Shown here piece after piece: positions 35,670 to 47,700 of a stretch of 64,000 bases of DNA. The first letter of the stretch is position 1, and the number at the start of each line of letters is the position of its first letter. The stretch is from Hormiphora californensis (Eukaryota > Animalia > Ctenophora), in assembly GCA_020137815.1 (NCBI GenBank), contig CM035351.1, forward strand, positions 1,488,001 to 1,552,000, written 5' to 3'. The translations under genes were made by a program, and so were the position numbers. Below the pieces are notes generated by a model. It was not told where the DNA came from, did no database searches, and was given only the letters and a program-made list of their open reading frames with translations.

Positions 35670-36914
35670 AGGTTGACAAGATACCTAAAACTTTTCGTAT
35701 ATCGTCTTATTTTGATTTATCATTAATTTTCGGCATTTTTTCAGATTTTTTTGTCGGCTAGAAATATGTGCAAAATAGGGGGTCTACTGATAAACGAGAG
35801 GCGCAATTTAAAAATTGATACCGTAATATCTCCGGTTGCTGATGAGATACAGAAACCGTTTTGGTAGCGTTGGAAAGGTCTTATTGAGACCAATCCAACG
35901 CAACCAAGATCAAGTACATAGCTATCTTTTGAGGAACCGGAAACGTGAATTTCAATTTGCGAGACGCAGTGAGTGTGTCCAGTAAAACCAGTGCTGACAA
36001 TATCGGTAGACCCCCTATAGTAGAGTCGATAACTACATCGACCTCTCCCAATTGTTCCAGTTTTTGTCACATCTGTTTGGAGCCTCGACACGACCTCTAA
36101 ACAGGTGTTACTTTTTCACAAACTGTTTTCATCTTGGTGTAATCAGCAGTTGAAATGTTACTAATCATAACAAAAACCTGACTAAATTTTTTCAACTTGG
36201 GGTAAAACCATGGGTGTCAAAAGTTAGCTCTAAGTCCCCTGAGTAACCATCCGGAGACTCTAAGAGATATTTCAAGCCGTTCTCCCGTAATCATTAATCC
36301 CGGTGGAGAAAAAAATACAATGCGGACGTACGTGAGCGCTGGCAGGCTGTTTACATGTTATTGTATGTCTCTCACTCTCTCTGGAAAAACCGCACGTGCG
36401 GTTGCGCCGCGCGAGATAACTCTTTCTCAAGGGGGAGAAAAGAGAGAGACGCACATTAATACATTAAAGTTGAGGTTGTAGGCAATTGCACGTACGTCCA
36501 TACTCAAATATGTGCTCTACCGGGATTAATGATTACAGGAGAACGGCTTGAAATATCTCTTAGAGTCTCCGGATGGTTACTCAGGGGACTTAGAGCTAAC
36601 TTTTGACACCCATGGTTTTACCCCAAGTTGAAAAAATTTAGTCAGGTTTTTGTTATGATTAGCAACATTTCAACTGCTGATTACACCAAGATGAAAACAG
36701 TTTGTGGAAAAGTAACACCTATTTAGAGGTCGTGTCGAGGCTCCAAACAGATGTGACAAAAACTGGAACAATTGGGAGAGGTCGATGTAGTTATCGACTC
36801 TACTACTATTTCGAATTTTTTTCTAGCCGACAAAAAATTCTGAAAAAATGCTGAAAATTAATGATAATTCAAAATAAGACGATATACGAAAAGTTTTAGG
36901 TATCTTGTCAACCT
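35670..36914. mobile_element. Kolobok-like non-autonomous element (TTAA TSD, AGG termini, long inner IR)
   Basis: TTAA|aggttgacaagatacc ... ggtatcttgtcaacct|TTAA; inner arms about 36018-36303 and 36519-36803. Confidence 0.82.
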
Positions 36915-37019
36915 TTAAAGCGGTTTAAACAATACTTACAGACAGTGATACACATCCTAGTAGCATTTGATGCAGGAACAAGGGGTTATAGAAAACTGAA
37001 ACAAGGCAATGAACGAACA

Positions 37020-37530
37020 AAACAAGCAGACAAACATAAATACATATTTAGAGCACAAACTAATTGAAATTAGTTCGACGGAAAGGCGGCCCACCCCGTT
37101 CCCACTCCTTCATTTCCGTAGCCGCCGAGTTGAGGCTTTAAAGACATTGAGGTATCCGTGTACTTTTTCCACCTTTAACCCAACGGTGACGGAAACGAAG
37201 GAGTGAGAACAAAATGGGCCACCCCTCCGGCGAACCAACTTCAATTAGTTTTTGCTCTAAATTTTGTCTATTTTACAGAGCCTCCCCCTCCCTGGATACA
37301 AGAAGTATCCAGTCCAGAATTGAATTGTTATTTTGTCTGGTATATCCAGGTACCGGGGGTCGGTCCGGCATCCTCTTCAACCATTCTCCAAGAAGTACTT
37401 TGAACACAGTGAGGCTTTTGGCTGAGTTCACTTGGAAGGGTGTTGAGTGTTCCATAGTCGGGTCGCTCTAGAAGCGAAAGAGTTGTGGAATTTCGTGGCC
37501 ACCGACGATTGTGTGGTAGTGGGGCATGCT
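37020..37530 (-). mobile_element. 5'-truncated LINE (ORF2 C-terminus, 3' UTR hairpin and degenerate tail)
   Basis: Minus strand reads FHNSFASRATRLWNT / VNSAKSLTVFKVLLGEWLKRMPDRPPVPGY..NSILDW with one frameshift, a typical CR1/L2-group ORF2 end. Confidence 0.75.
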
Positions 37531-37795
37531 GGCACCTCCGCCTTCTAAAACGGCTCCTTTTTAGTTTTTAACCTCCCACAAGCAGGCCGCAGGAATCAGG
37601 ATCCCACATTGTCATATCTACAGACCCGTCACCTGTGGGATATTGGCAAATGCTACTGACCCTATCGGGATAAGGCGTCGCTTTTCAACGCGTGATAGGG
37701 TTAAGGGTATCGCTTTTCAAGTCCCACGAAGAAAAACAATTTTTTTGGATCTTTAAACTTGAAAGGGTAAAATTTTAACTTTTATTTCATAAATA

Positions 37796-37852
37796 TTTGG
37801 CGATTGGAGTTTGGCGATTGGAGTTTGGCGATTGGAGTTTGGCGATTGGAGT
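37796..37852 (+). repeat. 4 x 14-bp tandem repeat tttggcgattggag at the CRE 5' end
   Basis: Direct inspection. Confidence 0.9.
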
Positions 37853-37856
37853 CCTG

Positions 37857-38918
37857 ATGGTTTTAACAGTGGAAAAGATAAAAGCTGAGCTGCGTGCAAG
37901 AGGGGTTTGTTTCAAGAAATGCCGGGCGAAAAAGGATTACGTTACACTTCTCGAAGAAGTTCAGAAACAGGAGGAAAGTGAAGAAAACAGAGGACTAACT
38001 TCGGAAGAAATTGAAATCAAGCGAATCCATGAGGAGGTATGCTTCTTCAGAAAGAACTTGTTCATGGTGCCCAAAGGCTCTGCAGGAGCATCATTCATAG
38101 AGGAGGTGACGAAATTGATTAATCAGTTCAATGAGGGCAAAGAGAACATGCCCACTGCACTCACCCAGTTAATGAGTATGTTCCACCTGCTACTTCAGAA
38201 GCCATCACCGAAGAGCAAGAGCAGGGATCACGTGAAAGCACTATCAAGAAGGTTGCCTCTTTGGCAAGAAGGAAAACACGATCAACTCCTCCGAGAATGT
38301 CGAGAGATCCAAAAGGTACTCCTCAAGAAGAAGTCTAAACAAAGCCCAAGCGCCATCAGGGCATTCTCTAGACTGATGCTTCAGGGGAGGATCGGTGCTG
38401 CCCTCCGAGTTGTGAGACAAGGGGATGTAGCACCCGTGCCGATTACATCACAAGTCATCGAAAAGCTGAAACAGAAACATCCTGATGCTGCAAAAGACCC
38501 AGCAGAAAATGAAATGACCGCGATTCTTCAGGGTCCAACAACCCCAAGAAAGGAGTTCTTATTCACTGCGATATCTCCGGAGGTTATCCAGAAGGCGGCC
38601 AAATTTCTACAAGGTTCGGGTGGACCATCGGGTGCAGACGCCGAGATGTGGAAACAAATGATCCTTTCCGGACAATTTGGGAGCAAACCTCAGAAACTTG
38701 CACAGGCAATTGCTGACCTAGCACGGAAACTTGCAACAGAGAACATTGACGCTAGATATTTGGAAGCATTTACAGCAAGCCGGCTTATCCCACTGAGTAA
38801 GAAGGAAAATGGAATCAGGCCCATCGGAGTTGGAGAGGTCCTAAGAAGACTTGTTGGAAAAGCGATAACTGGGGTACTAAAGAACGACATCATCTCCTGC
38901 ACAGCACCCACACAACTA
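37857..38918 (+). CDS. CRE ORF 5' half (SAP/HeH-like N-terminus and RT start)
   Basis: MVLTVEKIKAELRARG..AKKDYVTLL; ends at CAA CTA at the insertion site. Confidence 0.8.
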
Positions 38919-41900
38919 TACCTACACTATACCACAACTATACCTACCTTCCCGATATTGTACTGTTAAATGAGACATGGCTCAATGAACATGTGCAAGA
39001 TGGGGAAGTTGTCTCTGATAAGTACTACTCCATATTCCGAAAAGACAGATCGAAAGTGGATATGGAGAAGTATGGAAAGTGTGGTGGTGGTGGTGTGTTG
39101 ATTCTAGCCAAAAATGATTTAGGAGTAGAGGTTCAGCAGATTGATACTAAAACTGAACTACCTATAGTTTCTATACTCCTTAAACCTAAAAATACAACAC
39201 CAATCTGCCTTTCCACACTGTACAGGTACGATTACTCAGGATTAGACTTCTTCAAAGGAGTAGAAGTGTATTACACGAATCTTATGAAGAAGTATAAAAA
39301 TCTCTCTATTTTTGGAGATCTCAATCTCAGTACTATCAAAGACTGGGATCTACCTGTTTCGAACAGCTCAATTCATGAAGATTATATTCACCTATTCAAT
39401 TCCCTGGGACTTAAGGCCATGATAAATGAGCCAACTCACAAAGATGGAAACATTCTAGATCTCCTACTTACCAGCAACGAAAATCTTTTCTCTGAAGTTT
39501 CCGTGGTTGAGAGTGGGCTCATGAAGTCGGATCATTTTACTATACATTGCCATCTGTCTATTAGAAAGATCCGACCAAAGTATACCACTACTAAAAAGTT
39601 TGCGTTTAAAAAAGCAAACTGGGAGGCACTTGATGAAGAATTACTTTCGGAGAACTGGTTGAGTAGATTTGAGGGAATGTCAGCTGAAGCATGCTGGCAG
39701 ATCTTCAAGTCAAGACTTGATATTACACTCCGAAAGCATGTGCCTCTTGTATCAGTGAAACTGGGCTCACAGCCACCATGGTACGATGATGAGCTCAGAT
39801 CACTTAAAAAAGACCTAGACCGAGCAAGAGCTGATGTGATAAAGCACCCAAATAATGAAAGTATGGTGCGGTATCACATCGAGACAGAAGATTTGTATAG
39901 AACCCAGTCACTAGAAAAAGAACGGAGCTATTATGACATGCCGTTTATAAATGAAAATAATAGCTCAGCTGAGGTCAGCAAAAAGTTCTTTAAGCATGTG
40001 AAATCGCAGAAATCAAGTTCTAGAATCCCTGATACTGTGTTCTACGGGAAGAAGTTTCGAACTGAGAGCATGGAAAAGGCCGAAATATTTAACACCTTTT
40101 TCAGTGATCAGTTTACTGAAGCTAGTAGTTACCAGGAACACATCGATGTGACACGTAATCATGAAAACGACTTTAACGATGAAATGTTTCATGTCGATGA
40201 GGTTCTAGAAATACTACGTAAGCTTGACCCCTCAAAAGCTACAGGTCCTGATAATATACCGGGTATTTTACTAAAAAAGTGTTGTCGATCCATTGCATAC
40301 CCTTTAACTCTAATTTTTAATAGATCCTATAGAGAGGGTAAATTCCCCCAAGAATGGAAAAATGCCAATGTGGTACCCATTCATAAAAAAGGGGATAAGG
40401 CAAACATCGAGAACTACAGGCCGATATCCTTAACCTGCCTAACAATGAAAGTTTTAGAAAAGTTAGTTCGAGAGAGGCTTTACAGGGTTTGTCTTCCTAA
40501 AATAACTCCGTTTCAACATGGGTTCGTTCCCCTTAAGTCCTGCAGTACCCAACTTATAGACTTCAATTGTGATCTTGCCCTTAACCTAAATAAAGGTCTG
40601 CAGACTGATATAGTGTTCTTTGATTTTAAAAAGGCTTTTGACAGCGTCTCTCATGATGTGATTCTTAAAAAGCTTAAAGTAGACTATAACATTAATGGTA
40701 GAATGCTCCAATTTATCAAAGAGTATCTTTCCGACCGACGACAAAGGGTTGTACTGGATGGAAAGTTCTCAAACTGGAGCTCAGTTAGGAGTGGAGTCCC
40801 CCAAGGCTCTATACTTGGTCCCTTCCTCTTTGTCCTTTTCATCAACGATATAGTGGATCAAGTCGGAATGGACACAAATATAAGGCTTTATGCAGATGAT
40901 ATGAAAATCTGGCGTATCATTAAAAGTAGTGGAGATAGTCTCCAACCTGACATAGATAGATTGTTGATCTGGAGCGAGAATAACAAAATACACTTTCATC
41001 CTGATAAGTGTAAGCTCCTTAGATGTTCCCTAAAACAAAATCCTGTACATTTAACATACCATCTGGGAAGCACACAAATAGGTCCTAGTCAAACGGAGAC
41101 TGATCTGGGTGTTCTGACTACAAATAAACTTTCGTCAACCCACCATCAGAACAAGCTCCTATCAAAATCTTCCCAGAGGTTAGGTCTAGTGAGGAGAACG
41201 TGTTCTGACCTAGTTCAGTCGCAGAGAAAACGCAAAACTCTCTTCATTAGTTTAGTAAGGTCACTATATGAACACTGTAGCGAAGTATGGCGGCCCATCT
41301 CTGCATCTAGTATTGAAAAATTTGAAAAGATGCAAAAAAGGGCCGTAAAATGGGTATTCAATGAATTGGAGTGTAGTTACAGCAACGACGTGTACGTAAC
41401 TAGGCTCAAGGAACTTAAGATCCTACCCATGTCTTCTAAGTTCCTATATAATGATCTTAAAATGTTCCATAAGATACTTTACAAGCTTATACCAATAGAA
41501 TTCCCCCCTTACATGAGACGTTTTGACCCAACTGTTGACAATGACCGACCACGTACAAGACAACAAATCAACAAAGACGCGACTTACGTAGTGTGCGATG
41601 AGCGCCCTAGAATAGATGTTTTTAAAGATTCCTTTTTCTACCGTACCCACATAGAGTGGAATTCCCTACCGCATGATATTCGTAGCATTAGTGACCATGT
41701 GATATTTTCCTCAGAACTTAAGAAGCATTTGTGGAATGCATCTAGTATCCAGCCTTCTGTCTGAATTTTTTCCTTATCATTGGCGGATCACTTGGCAACA
41801 ATTGTAAATGGTATAATATGTTATTGTTTTTAGGAGTTTGAGGTCATAGAAATTGTTGATGGGTTTGGAGTTGTGTTCGAAATGTTTGAAACTTAAAAGT

Positions 41901-42223
41901 TGTTGCCCGGTGATGCGCCAATACCAATTGACACAAATTGACAGTTGACACTGACTGGGGTTGGGAGGGTTTGGGTTTGGAAGGGTTACTCCGGAACTTA
42001 TTAACCTATTAACTTAACTTAATACTATTAAACCAATATATAATTATATTTCTAATCGTGTGTATATAGCTAACATGACGTATTTTTATACTACATTTTT
42101 ACACTTTATCTAAATTTAAGACGTAAGCACTCATGCCTTGGGCATCTATTTTAATAGAGAGTCTGTCGGGTTTTGTATGAAGTATCAATGTATCTTTATA
42201 TTTTACCTTTTTCAAATCAAATC
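38919..42223 (+). mobile_element. 5'-truncated CR1/L2-group LINE nested in the CRE element
   Basis: Begins inside the APE domain (PDIVLLNETW), has a ~460-bp 3' UTR and a (TCAAA)n tail abutting the CRE sequence atgtggc. Confidence 0.92.
38939..41764 (+). CDS. LINE ORF2 (APE + RT), uninterrupted but 5'-truncated
   Basis: NETW, GGGVLI, GDLN, SDH, NYRPISL, QHGF, DFKKAFD, GVPQGSILGP, YADD, WNSLP. Confidence 0.93.
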   Translation, partial: YTYLPDIVLLNETWLNEHVQDGEVVSDKYYSIFRKDRSKVDMEKYGKCGGGGVLILAKNDLGVEVQQIDTKTELPIVSILLKPKNTTPICLSTLYRYDYSGLDFFKGVEVYYTNLMKKYKNLSIFGDLNLSTIKDWDLPVSNSSIHEDYIHLFNSLGLKAMINEPTHKDGNILDLLLTSNENLFSEVSVVESGLMKSDHFTIHCHLSIRKIRPKYTTTKKFAFKKANWEALDEELLSENWLSRFEGMSAEACWQIFKSRLDITLRKHVPLVSVKLGSQPPWYDDELRSLKKDLDRARADVIKHPNNESMVRYHIETEDLYRTQSLEKERSYYDMPFINENNSSAEVSKKFFKHVKSQKSSSRIPDTVFYGKKFRTESMEKAEIFNTFFSDQFTEASSYQEHIDVTRNHENDFNDEMFHVDEVLEILRKLDPSKATGPDNIPGILLKKCCRSIAYPLTLIFNRSYREGKFPQEWKNANVVPIHKKGDKANIENYRPISLTCLTMKVLEKLVRERLYRVCLPKITPFQHGFVPLKSCSTQLIDFNCDLALNLNKGLQTDIVFFDFKKAFDSVSHDVILKKLKVDYNINGRMLQFIKEYLSDRRQRVVLDGKFSNWSSVRSGVPQGSILGPFLFVLFINDIVDQVGMDTNIRLYADDMKIWRIIKSSGDSLQPDIDRLLIWSENNKIHFHPDKCKLLRCSLKQNPVHLTYHLGSTQIGPSQTETDLGVLTTNKLSSTHHQNKLLSKSSQRLGLVRRTCSDLVQSQRKRKTLFISLVRSLYEHCSEVWRPISASSIEKFEKMQKRAVKWVFNELECSYSNDVYVTRLKELKILPMSSKFLYNDLKMFHKILYKLIPIEFPPYMRRFDPTVDNDRPRTRQQINKDATYVVCDERPRIDVFKDSFFYRTHIEWNSLPHDIRSISDHVIFSSELKKHLWNASSIQPSV

Positions 42224-42224
42224 A

Positions 42225-44084
42225 TGTGGCGGACTACCATCGGGGGTTGAGGCCTCAGTGCATGCTGCCAGGAAAGCTTTTGAACGTGAAGATGTGGAAT
42301 GTATCCTGATGGTTGATGCTTCGAATGCATTCAATGCACTGAATAGGAAAGCAGCTTTGAGCAACATGGATCACACATGCCCGGAATTCCACCAATACTT
42401 GACCAATACCTATGGGCTCCCATCACGTCTTTTTGTCACCGATGGTGAACACCATGAAATCTTGTTATCCCGGGAAGGAACCACTCAAGGTGATTCGGCT
42501 GCAATGGGGATGTACGCCTGCTCCCTCATGCCATTTGTAAACACGCTTCGGGTGTATGATAAAGTTATCACGATCTTCTATGCAGACGATGGTACGGGAG
42601 CCGGACGCCTCGATAAAGTGTCAGAATGGTGGGGAAGAGTCAAAAGTGATGGTCCATCATTTGGGTACTATCCCGATCCTGGAAAAAGCTGGCTAGTGGT
42701 TAAACCGGGACTAGAACAACAGGCCAAAGATCTTTTCCCTGATGTTAACGTCACCTCCATTGGACATCGCTACCTAGGCTCTTTTATTGGCACAGAGGAG
42801 GGGACTGCAGATTATCTGAAGGAGATGGCACTGAAATGGAAGAACGACATCGAGACAATCAGCGAGTTTGCCTATACTGACCCACAGCTTGCCTACTCTG
42901 CCTACACGATGGGCGTCAGTAAGGAGTGGTCATTCGTTCTCAGAACAACAGCCGGCATCAGTAACCTACTGGAAGAAGTTGAGGAGACGATTACCACTAA
43001 ACTACTACCAGCCATTACTGGACAGCCTTACATCGACGACATCACCCGTAAAACCATGGCGCTACCAGCAAGGTACGGAGGCCTTGGGATAGAGAACCCC
43101 GTCACAATGGCTGACCTGGAAAATGCGAACTCAGTAGCTGCTACAGCGGAACTAGTAAAAGCTATTACAGAGAAGAAAACGGAGTTTGTTCCGGACCAGG
43201 AAATGGACAAAGTCACGAAAGCTGCGATTCGTAAACTCAAACAGGATCTTTACAAAAGTTTACACGAGACCATCAGAGGACAGCTAAGTGAGAGTGCACG
43301 CAGAAACTTTGACCTGATAAGTGAGAAAAATTCTTCTGCGTATCTAACATGTCTACCCATCCAACAGCTAAATTTCAACCTGAATAGACAGGAATTCCAA
43401 GATGCCCTGTCAATCCGGTACAATTTACCAATCGTTGGAGAGGCTAGGCCCACAAACTGTGCATGCGATGAACTGAACACCGTTGAACATGCACTATCAT
43501 GCAAAAAGGGTGGATTTGTAGCTCTGAGACACAACCGAGTCAGGGACTATATAGCAGCTGAGCTTACTCGGGTATGCGACGGTACGGAAATTGAGCCCTC
43601 TCTGCTCCCCACCAACGGAAGAGACCTCCCTGAAGGAACGATCACAGAAGATAACGCCAGATTAGATATCGCAACGAGAGGATTCTGGAATCCAATGGAT
43701 AAGGCAATGTTCGATGTAAGAGCTTTTAATGCTCAGGCCCCATCCAACTGTAACCAGACTATTCCCCTTACATATGCAAAGCATGAGACCCAGAAGAAAA
43801 CAGCTTATCTTCACCGAGTCCGGGAAATAGAAGGAGGTTTCTTCAGTCCACTAGTGATCAGCACAACTGGGGGACTTGCCAAGGAGTTCACCAAAGTGGT
43901 CAAACACATTGCGGAACTGAAGGCAAACAGATCAGGAAACAGTCATGGCGACTGCATCAGATACATCAGACTCCGACTAAGCTTCTCGATGGTCAGAAGT
44001 GTCACTCTTTCCATCCGTGGTTTCCGTGGGAAAAAGGCTGAAGCTACATCTGACGATCTGTGGAACATGAGAGTGTGTGCGTAG
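42225..44084 (+). CDS. CRE ORF 3' half (RT core, CCHC knuckle, RLE)
   Basis: Motifs as listed for the CRE element; no internal stops. Confidence 0.88.
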   Translation, partial: CGGLPSGVEASVHAARKAFEREDVECILMVDASNAFNALNRKAALSNMDHTCPEFHQYLTNTYGLPSRLFVTDGEHHEILLSREGTTQGDSAAMGMYACSLMPFVNTLRVYDKVITIFYADDGTGAGRLDKVSEWWGRVKSDGPSFGYYPDPGKSWLVVKPGLEQQAKDLFPDVNVTSIGHRYLGSFIGTEEGTADYLKEMALKWKNDIETISEFAYTDPQLAYSAYTMGVSKEWSFVLRTTAGISNLLEEVEETITTKLLPAITGQPYIDDITRKTMALPARYGGLGIENPVTMADLENANSVAATAELVKAITEKKTEFVPDQEMDKVTKAAIRKLKQDLYKSLHETIRGQLSESARRNFDLISEKNSSAYLTCLPIQQLNFNLNRQEFQDALSIRYNLPIVGEARPTNCACDELNTVEHALSCKKGGFVALRHNRVRDYIAAELTRVCDGTEIEPSLLPTNGRDLPEGTITEDNARLDIATRGFWNPMDKAMFDVRAFNAQAPSNCNQTIPLTYAKHETQKKTAYLHRVREIEGGFFSPLVISTTGGLAKEFTKVVKHIAELKANRSGNSHGDCIRYIRLRLSFSMVRSVTLSIRGFRGKKAEATSDDLWNMRVCA

Positions 44085-44779
44085 TCAATGAACAATTGTT
44101 TGTAATTTATTATTTTATTCCGTGATAGCGCAAGAGCGCATTTATTTAAATAACAACTGAGAACTCTCAGCATCAAAGATTGATTACGGGAGTGCTCTCC
44201 CCCCAAAAAAAAAAAAAATAAATATTTTGCGCGCGATAAGAACAAATATTTACTGCGCGTTTATTTTTTGCGCGTAAAAAATGAAGATGCATATTTATGT
44301 GCATAATCAAAGTACAGTGTACACAATATATGAATATGACATGTCATGTTTTATATTGAACATGCATATACGTATTCTGTCCAGCCCAAGATCCCGAATT
44401 TTCTTATTTATTTGTACAGTTTGAGTTAACTGTAAGTGTAAGTGCAATATATGTATGTAAGAATAAGAAAACTACTACAATGAGACATGAGTTCAAGTTG
44501 CTGGTATAAGGGACCGGGAAGTTTTGAAATTAATTCAAAAATAATACAAAACACTGCACCAGCTCACTGTATTAAAATTAGCACCGTTTGTACCGTTGGC
44601 ATGGCAATACCATATCCCTGACCCAGTCTTGTAACTTGTTGAGCGGGAGTTCAATATCATTGGTATTGAAGTCTCACTCAACAAGACTGGGTCAGGGTTA
44701 TGGTTGACAAGGATCCCTGCTTATGGTCAGTTGATAAAATAATCCCCACACTCTGTCAATATATTATAGTCTCTCAATG

Positions 44780-47700
44780 TCACACCGGTGTATCTCCTGT
44801 TCTGACAACACTACTGTTTCTTGAGTTCCGCCTGGTGCTACTCCGGCTCATTCGTTTTGAGATGTCCTCCTTATCTGACTCTTCCTCTTCTTCATCATCC
44901 TAGTGGGAGAGAACATGTGATGAATCGGGACGGGGCTAGCCAGATGTTGTACTAAAATATCAAGATGTGGTACTGCAGCTGCTAGATGGTATTGAGGCCG
45001 AGGGTGATGCTTGTTACTTGTGTTTAATAAGATTAGGTACCTGTTCCTTCTGTTTCTTCTCTGTTTCCGTTATGACCCTCACGTTAATATCCCTGACAGC
45101 TCGGAACTGACCACAGTTATTTAGATGCTCGTTCTCAAGTCGGAAGAAGTTCCACACACTCCGCCTGTGTAATAGAATGTAAATATTATTGGAGTTGTAG
45201 ATGAAGATCAGTGTAGTCAGTAGTTAGTCACTCAGCTTCAATTAGTTAGAAACTGTAGTCTGCTGCCAGGTACCTGAAAACTTCCAGAACAGCAGTTACA
45301 GTGACAATTATCTGTTTGTCAGCAAAGTTCCAGTCAGCCAGAGAGATATTGATAGTCCACACACACCTCATCACCAAATCGAACCCCATCACGATAAAAT
45401 ACACAAACTGAGAGGGATATTCAGGATGAAAATTTGGTTTTCTTTAAATTGGCAACAGAAAAAAAGATCCCTGGCCAGGTTCTGACTGGAGACCGATCCC
45501 ATTTTGATTCTCAAAAGTGTAACTGTACTCATGGGTCGTTAGACACTACACAGTCAGGACATGGTAAACGATCTGTAACCAACCTTTTTCCCGCTGGCGT
45601 ACAGCAGTTCATCTCTGAGATACTTGTTCTTGTGGTCTGTTGATGTGTGATCCAAAAAGCCCCAATCCATCTTTATATCCCACCTGTTAGAAAGGGGATC
45701 TGTGAGTGACCTGTTAGAAAGGAATTAGTGATTCAAGGAGAAGGTGACAGCGTGCAAATCTGGAATAAATACTTTACCAGTATGCATATAGAGTTGAAAC
45801 ACAGGCAAAGAACACATAAACTGTGAATATATCCAGTCCCAAGAGATCTTTTCCGTTTTTATCTAGAAACGAATAATAGTTAGTAACTACATACATTTCC
45901 ATAGATCTATTATTTTGGTAGAAGACTAGAATTCGATTCTGGTCTGTCTGCTATCAGTGTGTTTCTAGTTATTTAGGATATTTTAGATATATGGGGAGAT
46001 GATCCAAATAGTTACCTGCAACATATCCGGCTGAAGCAGATAGAACTACGACCAACATGGAAGAGAAGTATTTGCCGGCATTGACAGCATGGGGAAACCA
46101 GTCTCCGGAGGTGCAGTATCGTCTAATGGACTGGGCAAACCTAAACCATGGGGGTAACAAGGCAATGAATATCCGGTACCACTGGCTCCCTTTGGAACAC
46201 TGATCAGCACCTGGGATGGGTTGTTGAGATATAGGGAAACTGGAGGAGATGGGTTGTCAGTAGGAACGCTCTCATAACTTCACTGTCGGGTCTGCTCAGT
46301 ACTAAAGTACTACTGTTACAGTACTAATTTGACCTGGAAGTTACCGATGTTGTTAGTCTGTAGTCTGTGTTCAGTCTCTTCAGTCAGTCTCTATGAAGTT
46401 GTAGTCTCTATGAAGCTGTTGTCTCAGTAGCCTGTGTAAATATACCTTCGCCCCAGGATGTTGTATAGTAGCAGGCAACAAATGAGATATCCAACAGGAC
46501 TGTTGCCAGACTGTTCAACTGATCTGCTATAAAGAAATCAGCAAACTCGACAGGAAATATCGGCGTGGTTAGGATCCGAAACTGAGGGGGGAGAGGATGA
46601 CGTCATGTGCTATTAGGACGTTGGTAATTGGTTGAGGTTGGTACCATTGGAAACTGTCAGGCAAATGCTCTGGCAGAGGTTCTCACACTTTGAAAGAAAT
46701 TAGAACAGGATCAGACCAATGCTCTGATTAGGAAGTAATCTTACCAATCTGCGTAGTAGCCAGAATCTAGTTCTGTAGTAGAACACGGGGGCAGGGAAGA
46801 AGAGGAGGAGGAATACGAGAACAAAGAAAATGAGGGGCCACGTCTCAGGGCGCATAGAGGGCGTGACAAGGGGAGAGAAGATGTAGAGACAGAGAGTCAC
46901 TCCCCAGGCAGATATGAATAGCATTGCTATCTGAAACGATCAGGAGTGTTACACATATACTGATCATCTGTTACTGTTCATCTGTTACCGCTCAACACAT
47001 CATTACGACCAGCTTTATATCATAGAATATTCAACTTACACTAAGTAGCTCCAGATAGTTGAGATGATTTCGGGGGTCTATCTCAAATATCAAAATGTGA
47101 TTTACACCTGCATTCCTGAAAAACACAGTTCCTGTTTAATAAACTTAAAGTCCTAGTTGTAGAAAATTAGTAATTTCTACAACTACTGTAGCAGTACCTG
47201 TATCCGTATGTGTTCCAAGATGTTAGAATAGCATAGAAAAAGAGCAGGAATGTGCATCTAAAAGTTACAAGGGCAGGTAAATCATCACTCTCCATCTCAG
47301 AATCTCCCATATCCAGCTTCCTTTTTAGAACACCTAGAAAATCATATTATGGTTAGATTAATTTCACTGTTGATGCCCTATTCTCTACACCAGGGAGTAT
47401 ATGAATGATGTTTCCAAAGCAACCAAACTTGCCAACGTTTAGTGGTAATCTATTCCAAAACATACTTGATAATATTGCAGCGATCAGTATAGCGATGGAT
47501 AAGCCAGTCATTAAGCCAGATTTGAAGGTTGTCGTATGTTTCTTTAACTCTAAACCAGACAAAGGGGGTACCCTGAGTTTCTGCATTGCTTTGTTTCTAT
47601 CTCCCTTCTCAAGAGTGTTCGTCACAAATTTCTGAAATGATAGCACTATCGAATCTATATTTATCTCTCCCTACCAAATAATATTTTTCATTAATGTATT

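Larger units (their letters stand above)
37796..44115 (+). mobile_element. CRE-clade non-LTR retrotransposon (RT + C-terminal restriction-like endonuclease), interrupted by a nested LINE
   Basis: 5' half SGGPSG, RLIPLSK..IRPIGVGEVLRRL..APTQL joins 3' half CGGLPSG..DASNAFN..QGD..YADD..YLGS..CAC..HALSC..RHNRVRD..RLDI..FDV..HETQKK. Confidence 0.9.

Noticed and set aside
37081-37720. HDV-like ribozyme in a presumed CRE 5' UTR
   Set aside because: I could not build the double pseudoknot, and most of the region is a minus-strand LINE fragment.
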